This document shows, piece by piece, positions 51,832-64,000 of a DNA stretch of 64,000 nucleotides (its first letter is position 1; each line of letters starts with the position of its first letter). The DNA comes from the human T2T-CHM13v2.0 reference genome, Homo sapiens. The position numbers and the translations under genes were made by a program. The notes beneath the pieces were generated by a model that was not told the DNA's origin, ran no database searches, and saw nothing but the letters and a program-made list of their open reading frames with translations. The stretch is from the NCBI RefSeq assembly GCF_009914755.1, contig NC_060933.1; one strand, given 5' to 3'.

Positions 51832-53110
51832 CTACAGTTTACCAAAATTCATGGTATATAGTTAAATCAGTGCAGAAAGAAGTTTATAGCTATAAACGCC
51901 TATATTTTAAAGAAGAAAAAATATCAAATGAATAAATTAAACTTCCACCTTAAAAAACTGGAGCAAAAGAGCAAGCTAAGCTCAGCATAAGCAGCAGTAG
52001 GAAAATAATAAAAATTAAAGTAGAAATAAATGAAATAGAAAAGAGAAAAACAATACAGAAAATCAATGTAACCAAAAGTTTGTTCTTTGAAAATATCAAC
52101 AAGATAAATATTTAGTTAGACTGACCAAAAGAAAAAAAGAGAAGAATAAAATTACTAAAATCAGCAATGAAAGAGGAAACTTTATGACCAAATGGAAATA
52201 AAAGGAATTACAATGGGATACTACGACAACTGTTTGTCCACAAATTAGATAACTTCCGTGAAATGGATCGCTTCCTAGAAAGACACAAACTACTGAAACT
52301 GGTTCAAGAAGAAAGAGAATATCTGAATAGACCTATAATAAGTCAAGACATTGAAATAGTATTAAAAAAGAAATTTACCCAAAAGAAAAGCCCAAGCCCA
52401 GATGCCTTCCATATTGAATTCTACCAAGCATTTAAAAATAGAAGAATTAATACAAATTCTTCAAAAACTTTCTAAAAAATAGAAGAAAAGGGAACATTTC
52501 TCAACTATTCTATAAAGCTAGTATTACCCTGATACCAAAACTGAAGACATTGCAAGAAAATAAAATTATAGACCAACATCTCTTATAAATATAGGCGCAA
52601 AAATCTTCAATGAATATTAGCAAACTGAATCCAGCAACATATAAAAAGAATTATACAATATGACCAGGTGGGATTTGTTCCAGGAATGCAAGGTTGGTTT
52701 AGCTTCTGAAAATCAAGCAATATAATACACTGTATTAGTAGAATAAGAAACTGTATGATCATCTCAATAGACACAGAAAAATCTTGTGACAAAATTCAAC
52801 ACCCTTTTATGATAAAAACACTCAACAATTGAGGAATATAAGGGAACTTCCTCAACCTGATAAGGGGCATCTATGAAAAACGCATAGCCAACAACATAAT
52901 TAATGGTGAAAGATTGAAAGCTTTCCCCCTTATAAGTGGGAACAGGTCAATGATGTCTGCTCTTACCACTTCTATTTACATTATACTGGAAGTTCTAGCT
53001 GGGGGCAATTGGGTAAGGAAAATAAATAAAAACACCCAGATTGGAAGGAGAGAAGTAAAAATACTTATATTTAAAGATAACATGATCTTATACACAGAAA
53101 ATCTTAATGA

Positions 53111-53113
<3 letters not shown>

Positions 53114-53155
<42 letters not shown>
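53114..53155. repeat. (CA)n microsatellite within L1
   Basis: About 21 CA units. Confidence 0.98.
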
Positions 53156-53156
<1 letters not shown>

Positions 53157-53294
53157 GCTATTGGAATAAGCAAGTCAGCAAGGCTGTAAGATACAAGATC
53201 AATATACAAAATTCAATTGTATTTCTATACATTTGCAATGAACAATCCAAAGGTAAAATTAAGAAGATAATTTAATTTACAATAACATCAAAGA

Positions 53295-53598
<304 letters not shown>

Positions 53599-53756
53599 GC
53601 ATGCAACAGCATGAAAGAGAATAAAATACCTGGAAATAAATTTAAGAAAAGAACTTCAAGACCCGTACACTGAAAACTAGAAAGCATTGCTAACTGAAAT
53701 TAAAGACATAAATATATGGGAAGCCATCCCATGTTCATGGGTCAGAAGGCTTATTA

Positions 53757-54095
<339 letters not shown>

Positions 54096-54188
54096 TTAAT
54101 GCAACCTCTATCAAAATCTCAGCTTTTCTTTTTCAGAAATTAACAAGCTGACCATGAAATTCACATTGAAACTCAAGAGACACAGATG

Positions 54189-54473
54189 GGCTGGGCATGG
54201 TGGCTCACGCCTGTAATCCCAGCACTTTGAGAGCCCAAGGCAGACTGATCACGAGGTCAGGGGTTCAAGACCAGACTGACCAACCCTGTCTCTACTAAAA
54301 ATACAAAAATTAGCCGGTCATGGTGGCGCATGCCTGTAATTCTAGCTACTCAGGAGGCTGAGGCAGGAGAATCGCTTGAACCTGGGAGGCAGAGGTTGCG
54401 TGAGCTGAGATTGCACCACTGCACTCCAGTCTGGGTAAGAGCGAGACTCTGCCTTAGGAAAAAAAAAAAAAAA
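54189..54473 (+). mobile_element. Alu (AluSg-like)
   Basis: TSD agacacaga. Confidence 0.92.
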
Positions 54474-54978
54474 GACACAGAAAAATCAAAAACAATCTTG
54501 AAAAAGAACAAAGTTCTCACGCTTCCCAGTTTCAAAGTTACAAAGTTACTACAAATTGACAATAATCAAGACCATGTGGTACTGACATAAGGATAGACAT
54601 GCAGATGAATGAATGAGAGTCCAGAAATAAATCTATACGTCTGTAGTCAATTTTTGACAATGATGTTGACATCATTCAATGTTCTCAGCACCATTGTCAA
54701 AAGAATCCTCTTTTCAATAAGTGGTGCTAGGACAACAGGATATTCACGTGCAAAAGAATGAAGATAGACGCCTATCTTACATGATATACAAAACTTAAAT
54801 CAAACTGGATCAACGACTTAAATACAGGAGCTAAAACTGTACAATTCTTAGAAGAAAACATGGGCATAAACCTTGTGACCTGAGTTAGCCAGTGGTATGT
54901 TTGACATGATTCCAAAAAACAAGTGACAAAACAAAAAATAGATAAATCGGACCATCGAAATACAAAATTTTATGCTTT

Positions 54979-55244
<266 letters not shown>

Positions 55245-55356
55245 TCAAATGACACCATCAAGGAAGGGAAAAGAAAATCCACAGAATGAGGAGCAGTAAT
55301 TGCTAATCATATACCTGATAAGCAACTTGTACCTAGAATACATAAAACACTCTTGG

Positions 55357-55666
55357 CTTGTTTTTTGTTTTTGTTTTTGTTTGAGACAGAGTCTTGTGCT
55401 GTCCGTTATCCAGCCTGGAGTGCAATAGCACACTCATGGCTCACTTGAGCTTTGACTTCCTAGGCTCAAGTGATCCTCACACCTCAGCCTCCTGAGTACC
55501 TGGGACTCCAGGTGTGCACCATCTCACCCAGCTAATTTTTGTATTTTCTGTAGAGATGGAGTTTTACCATGTGGGAGGCTGGACTCGAACTCCTGGGCTA
55601 AAGTGATCCACCTGCCTCGGCTTCCCAAAGTGCTGGGATTACAGGCATGAGCCACCATGAGCAGCC
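55357..55666 (-). mobile_element. AluJ-like
   Basis: TSD cataaa(ac/gt)actctt. Confidence 0.92.
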
Positions 55667-56222
55667 CATAAAGTACTCTTACAACTAAATAATAAAAAGA
55701 TAAAACCACAATTTTAAAAATCAGAAGGATTTTAATAGATATTCCTTCAGAGAATATATACAAATGGTCAATAAGAACATTAAAATATGCTCAACATCAT
55801 TAGCCATTAAGGAAATACGAATCAATACCACAATGAGAAATCACTTCACACTTACTAAGACAGTTATGACAAATTTTGGTAAGGATGTGGAGAAATGGGA
55901 ACTTGCATATATTGCTGGTGGGATTGTAAAATGGTACAGTCACTTTAGAAGAGTCTGGCGGTAACTCCAAAAGTTAAACATAAAGTTACCATACAACTCA
56001 GCACTCTTAGGTATATACCCAAGAGAAATAAAAAATATGTGCCTATACAAAAACCTGTAAATGAATATTCATAACAGCTTTATTCATAATAGCCAAAACA
56101 TGGAAACAACCCAAATCCAACTCGATTAATGAATGGAGAAACAATATCCATAAAATGGAATATTATTTGGCTATAAAAAGAAATGAAGTACTGATATGTA
56201 CTGTGACATGAATAAACCTTGA

Positions 56223-56623
<401 letters not shown>

Positions 56624-57248
56624 TAGAAAAAAATTAAATTAGTAGTTACCAGGAGCTGGGGGGAGGGGAAATGGGGAATGACTGCTAATGGGTATGGAGT
56701 TTCTTTTTGCAGTGAGAAAATGTTCTAAAGTTGGGCAGTGATGGTTGCACAACTCTGTGAAGATACTAAAAATCACTGAGTGGTATGCTTTAAAGGAGTG
56801 AATGTTACGGTGTGTGACTATATCTTAATAAAGCTATTATTTAGAAAACGAACAAGCTGGAAGAGCTAACCGGGAATCTTTCATATTTAAGACTTCCTAG
56901 AAATTTTCCATTTTGGAAAAACTCAGTGTGGTGGCTATCGTGGTTATCTTTCCAATTCTATTCCTCCCCCATTCATTACATAGTCACCTTGCAGTTTGGA
57001 TGGGATTATCCTTACTACCAGCTTCAATAAATTCTAATTTGACTATTCTAGTCTGCCTTGCCATAGCCTAACAAATGGTATTCAAGGGTAACCATTAGAA
57101 AAATGAAAAGGCTTAAGATTTTTGTTAGGTCACAACTAACACTTGCTCTCTCTTCCTGGATGTGAAGTACTGATAATTGTTGGCAGCTGTCTTACAACCA
57201 TGAGCGAGGTCAGCTTAAAGACAAAACTGCTTTGGGAAGCAAAGTTTG

Positions 57249-57547
57249 GCACTTTGGGAAGCCAAGGCAGGTAGATCACTTGAGGTCAGGAGTTTGAGAC
57301 CACCCTGGTGAACACGGTGAAACCCTGTATCTACTAAAAATACAAAAATTAGCTGGGTGTGGTGGCACACGCCTGTAATCCCAGCTACTCGAGGGGCTTG
57401 AAGCACGAGAATCACTGAACCCAGGAGGCAGAGGTTGCGGTGAGCCAAGATCTTGCCACTGCACTCCAGGCTGGAAGACAGAATGACACTCTCTCTCAAA
57501 AATAAATAAAATAAAATAAAGTAAAAGTAAAGTAAAGTAAAGTAAAA
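57249..57547 (+). mobile_element. 5'-truncated Alu (AluS-like)
   Basis: Starts at gcactttggg; (TAAAA/GTAAA)n tail. Confidence 0.92.
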
Positions 57548-57795
57548 TACTGACACATAGAGGAGGGGCGAGCCAAGACTATCTCAGAAAAATGGAGCAA
57601 GAACTCCATTTTTTAACTGTGCCTGACTCTTGTTTGCTTTATATAGGGTGTGACTCTGTGACTGCCTCAGTTTCTCCTAGCCTGATTGTTAATAGTGTCT
57701 CCTTTCTCAAACGAGTCCTGCTTTAGATGGTCATTCATACGTCATACTCCCCATAACTGGATTTTCAGTTACAGATCAATGAATTTATTAGTTAA

Positions 57796-58133
<338 letters not shown>

Positions 58134-58416
58134 CTGCACTTTCCTCACTCTTGGCAATGTCTTAGTCTTTCTTCAGGACCCAGATGACCTTCTCCATGAA
58201 GTCTTTCTAGATTTTCTGGAATAAAAGTAATCACTCCCAACTCCCAATTTTTCTCATACCTCTATATCAACACTCATTGCATTACAATGATACATTTTTG
58301 CATTTCTCTTCCTCAGCTGAACTTGAACTTCTCCAGGGGGAAAAAAAGATTATGTTATTTTTCACTTTGTATCCAAAGCATGAGAACACTGTGTACCTGG
58401 AACATCACATATTTTA

Positions 58417-58680
58417 TTGTATTATTATTTTATTATTTTGAGACAGAATCTCACTCTGTCGCCCAGGCTGGGGTGCAGTGGCGTGATCTCGGCTTACTGC
58501 AATCTCTGCCTCAGCCTCCCGAGTATCTGGGACTACAGGTGCAGGCTGTTTTGCATATTTTGTAGAGATGGAGTTTCACTATGTTGCTCACCCTGGTCTC
58601 TAATTCCTGGGCCCATGCAACCTGCCAGATTCAGCCTCCCAAAGTGCTGGGATTACACGCATGAGCCACCGTGCCCAACC
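58417..58680 (-). mobile_element. AluJ-like with internal deletions
   Basis: Reverse Alu, diverged. Confidence 0.88.
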
Positions 58681-58681
58681 T

Positions 58682-59018
58682 CATGTATACATGTGTGCAC
58701 ACATGCACGCACACGTATGTGCACACATGCACGCACACGTATGTGCACACATGCACGCATACGTATGTGCACACATGCACGTATACGTATGTGCATACAT
58801 GTATGTATACGTATGTGCATATGTGCGTGCACACGTGCATGTGCATATATGCATGCATACACGCATGCACACCTGTGTACACACGTGTGCATGCATGTGT
58901 GCATGTATGTGCATGTACATGCATGTGTGTACATGTGTATATGTGTGTGCATGTGTGTATGCCTTGTGTGCATGCATATACATGTATGTATAGATATGTG
59001 TGTGTGTGCATATATATA
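58682..59018. repeat. Alternating purine-pyrimidine (CA/TG/CG/TA) compound repeat with 24-bp sub-unit
   Basis: atgtgcacacatgcacgcacacgt repeated about 3-4 times, then degenerating into catg/tgtg. Confidence 0.95.
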
Positions 59019-59044
59019 TTGTTTTTTACTACAAAAAAAAAAAA

Positions 59045-59159
59045 AGACAGGATCTCACTATGTTACCCAGGATGGTCTTAAACTCCTGCGTTCAAGTGAT
59101 CCTCCCACCTCAGCCTCCCAAAGTGCTAAAATTACCGGCATGAGCCATCATGCCTGGCC
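59045..59159 (-). mobile_element. FLAM / Alu monomer
   Basis: Single reverse arm. Confidence 0.88.
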
Positions 59160-60259
59160 ACCTTGTATGTTTTAATATTTGTTGAGGAATAAAGGAAAAT
59201 AAATAACTAAACGGAAAATCCATTAATTTGTTTACTTTATCATCTTAACAGTCTTAATAATTTTGCTCAGTGTTCTCTATTATAGAGGAAATGACTGTTA
59301 ATGATGGCTCCCATCATTAACTGTTGATGACTGTTAATGAGGGATCCCAAAATATTTAAGGTGGGTTGGCAACTGAATTTAGGCATGAGCTTATGTGATA
59401 GGGAAGGCCCTAATAGTTGTTTCTATCTCCTTGTATTGCAAAATGCTTTGTTTCGTGCTTTTTCAGGTATTAGACAACACTTCAAATTTATACCTACAAT
59501 GATATAAAAGGCTAAAAACAATCAGATATGATTTCCAAACTATAAAATTACTAGACTAGGGGAGGATGCATCCTTTTCACAAATTAGTTGTTAGTTTGGT
59601 ACCAATTTGTGTAAATGCTATAACACCTTTTGCCAATTCTGAGCTTCAAAAAATAATATATTTACGTAAACTTGACTCTGAAAACTTTCTCTCGTGTTAA
59701 TCCTGATGCATTTAATTATATTTTATGAGGTACTTATTACCAAAAATTACCAAAAATAGTTTAAAGACTATTTGATATCACTGTTTCTTAACATCACAAG
59801 GCCAGTTTGTGTACCTTTCTAATATTATGCTGGCATGTAACGAATATTTTCTTTCAAGGCCTGAGATTTATTTTTCCCATGGAATAAAAATATCTTTGTT
59901 TGCTCCTTACTATTCAATTATATGTCTCCTATTTCCTACAATTGTCATCTAATTGCATTTGTTTCTGATTGACTACACCAGGTATATTAGCAAGAAGATG
60001 AGATCTACAATATACTCTGGTTTGTGTAATAATTAAGAATTGTAAAGTATTGCATGCTCTGTCACAAGGAATAATTTGCCAAAGATAAATCCTTCTAATA
60101 GGTAATTTTATTTTTTATGGGTTGAAACAGTAAATGGAGAAATAGAGAAAACAAAAGTTAGTAATGTAGATGAAATGAGACAAAATGAATGTACTTTCTC
60201 AATTAAGGAATAATAATAAAACTTTATATCCATTTCCCTCCCTGGAATTGTTATAAATA

Positions 60260-60560
60260 TTTTACATATGTTAACTTGTTTAGTCCTCACAACAGTCCAT
60301 TTATAGACAAAGAAACTGAAGCAAGTGGCTAGGCACAGTGGCTTACACTTGTAATCCTAGCACTTTGGGAAGCTAGGGCAGGAGGATTGCTTCAGGTCAG
60401 GAGTTCAAGACGAGCCTGGGCAACATAGCAAGACCCTTTCTCTACAAAATAAAAATAAAAATAAAAAAACTGAGGCGAGAGAGGTTAAGTGACTTGCTTA
60501 GGTCACATGGTGGACCAGAATTCAAACTCAGCCTGTCTGACTTTCACAGTATTCAGGCTT
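60260..60560 (-). mobile_element. MIR split by a plus-strand FLAM (60327-60469)
   Basis: gaaactgaagca [FLAM] aaactgaggcgagagaggttaagtgacttgc. Confidence 0.82.
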
Positions 60561-60687
60561 AGCCAATAGTTTATACTGTAACCTAAAGGAAAGCATTCTT
60601 AAGATAGGGAAGGTATTTTGTAGAGATTCTAAAGTCAGGAGGTCTAGTTTATCTTAACAACCTTTGTTTCTTAGTAAATGTTAAAGT

Positions 60688-61001
<314 letters not shown>

Positions 61002-61115
61002 TTAATTATATTGTTGGTAATTCTGTAAAATGATACAATAAGAAACAGATTTTGTTGGAATTTTCCTGAATTATTGTGTGAGAAAAAAAGCACTTGAAAA
61101 AGATTGTTCTTTTAA

Positions 61116-61410
<295 letters not shown>

Positions 61411-62111
61411 TTAAATTCTTCCACTTGTTGTTTGTGCTCTTAATGAACTGTTCTGCAACGACATTATGTTTCATAAAATTCCTCTTAACTGAAGCAAATG
61501 ATATGGTGGAAGGAAAGAGCAAGGTGTTTAAATTCCCAGAGCATCTTAGCAGAAAAACATGATATACCTTCCTAAGTCTCAGATGGTGAAATTGACTTTC
61601 CTAAATCTCAGATGGTGATGTATACATTACATTTGTTATTAAACTAAATAATGCTAGACCAAAATCTACTTTGCAAACTGAATTTTGAGAGTTGAACATC
61701 TACTATATGTTGTTTAAATTAACTCAATACTGTACTTGCTTATTTAAATAGCATTGACTTTGGAGTCTGACAAAGCCGGGTCCAAACTCCATTGCTGTCA
61801 CTTATTGAATGTCATCTGGGCATTTAACTTAATCTTTTTGTCTTACTGTACAGTTTATGACTGTTGTGAAAATCAAGTTAATAGTTAAATAATTTCCCTA
61901 GCATGTCATTTATGTTCCCTTGTTCAGTAAATATTAGTCAATCTCTCTCCACAATAAACTTACTGAGTTTGTTTACACACACGCACAAGCTGCATACATA
62001 GTCTAGGTGAAGATTTTAGCATTATGAGCTTAAATAAACTAGAATGAGTCATAACTATCTATCCAAAAATAAAGAAATTTCCAAAAACACTTTTAAAAAG
62101 ATAATAGTTAA

Positions 62112-62620
<509 letters not shown>

Positions 62621-62759
62621 AGTTGATATTTACATGGGGCATATTTGAACATCTTTTGAATTTAGCTTCCATTAAGAATAAACATTAGTGGTTCGAGCTA
62701 GGAAAGTATGGATTAAAACAAGATTAAGCATGAAATTTTAAAAGAAAATGAATATGTGA

Positions 62760-63228
62760 TTTAATTTAATTTATTTATTTATTTTTGAGAAAGTCTCACT
62801 CTGTTCCCAGGCTGGGGTACAGTGGCACGTGATCTCAGCTCACTGCAACCTCTGCCTCCCAGGTTCAAGCAATTTTCCTGTCTCAGCCTTCTGAGTAGCT
62901 GGGATTACAAGCTACTCAGGATTACAAGCTGGTCCAGGAGTTTGAGACCAGCCCGGGCAACATGGCAAAACCCCATCTCTACAAATAATTTAAAAAGTAT
63001 GCAGTGAGCCGAGATCATGCCACTGCACTCCAGTCTGGGTGACAGAGCGAGACTCTGCCAAAAAAAAAAAACAAAAAACATTAGCCTGGCACCTCCATGC
63101 CTGGCTAATTTTTGTATTTTTAGTAGAGACAGGCTCTCACCGTGTTGGCCAGGCTGGTCTCGAACTTCTGACCTCATGATCCGCCCACCTTGACCTCCCA
63201 AAGTGCTAGGATTACAGTCGTGTCCGGC
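62760..63228 (-). mobile_element. Alu (AluS-like) with ~180-bp templated insertion
   Basis: TSD tatgtgatttta (62753, 63233); insert ~62910-63089. Confidence 0.9.
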
Positions 63229-63258
63229 CGAGTATGTGATTTTAAAAAAAAGATTTTA

Positions 63259-63554
63259 GGCCTGGTGCAGTGGCTTACACCTGTAATCCCAGCACTCTGG
63301 GAGGCTGAGGCGGGCGGATCACAAGGTCACAAGATCAAGAATATCTTGACCAACATGGTGAAACCCCGTCTCTACTAACAATACAAAAACCAGTCAGGCG
63401 TGGTGGCGTGCGTCTATAGTCCCAGCTACTCTGGAGGCGGAAGCAGGTGATCGCTTAAATCCGGGAGGTGGAGGTTTGCAGTGAACTGAGATAGCACCAC
63501 TTGCACTCCAGCCTGGGCGACAAGAGCGAAACTCCAACTCAAAAAAAAAAAAAA
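63259..63554 (+). mobile_element. Alu (AluS-like)
   Basis: Full-length Alu with A tail. Confidence 0.92.
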
Positions 63555-64000
63555 TTTTTTAATTAGGCATTTGGATATGAGTTAGCATAGCAGCTGAGAA
63601 GAACACAGCAGCTGAGAAGAACATGAACTCTAGTAAACTCTAGTCACTCCCCTGGACCACACCCACATATATAAACACAGGATACCAGTGGTTTATCAAG
63701 ATCAGGCCCTGAACTGATAATTTGCCTGGAATCTTTGTATCATTTAAAGGCAATTTACAGTAACACAGTATCTTAGGATCTGAAGGCTTTTACAAAGTTA
63801 CCATTTCATGCATAACAAACCAATGTAAGTTAATCACCTGAGCTGATAGTTAAGGTATTTTTCTACTTAATTCTAAACATGTTTAGAAAAAAGACAAGAA
63901 TTACTTTTTTCTTGGCATTAGCACCACAAATTTCACGTCAATTGATTCTTTGTTTATGAAACTTCAAATTTACTCAATTTCTGGAGGATCACCTTGTTTT

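Noticed and set aside
52263-53189. ORFs with reverse-transcriptase-region similarity
   Set aside because: Broken L1MB ORF2 remnants with stops, frameshifts and Alu insertions; not a functional gene.
58417-59175. Longest ORF (252 aa) and overlapping His/Cys-rich ORFs
   Set aside because: Alu plus stop-free RY repeat; open in several frames on both strands, so an artefact.

Overview
Primate genomic DNA, very probably human (it carries a full-length AluYb8 with its diagnostic 7-bp duplication). I find no credible protein-coding exon, rRNA, tRNA or CRISPR array. The supplied ORFs are translations of Alu, L1, L2, LTR or simple repeats, or short unrecognisable frames. The window is repeat-dense intronic or intergenic sequence. 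It holds roughly 60 Alu/FLAM copies, old L1M/L1P and L2 fragments, MIRs, DNA-transposon fossils (MER53-, MER91-, MER5-, Tigger-like) and several LTRs (HERV-K LTR5B-like, MER50-like, MER21-like, THE1, MLT1/MST, LTR33-like). It also holds a U6 snRNA pseudogene and a 3'UTR-only processed pseudogene (probably RCC2, from recall). The most unusual signal is a set of local templated insertions and fold-back micro-inversions. Examples: a near-perfect ~158-bp copy pasted into an inverted Alu at 62.9 kb, and a ~160-bp copy from 50.3 kb pasted into an Alu at 46.6 kb and later hit by LTR5. These resemble template-switch or polymerase-theta end-joining scars. There is also a CpG-retaining, promoter-like patch at 18.3-19.1 kb. 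I do not see evidence for a novel multi-gene system. Subfamily names come from recalled consensus sequences, and old-repeat boundaries are approximate.
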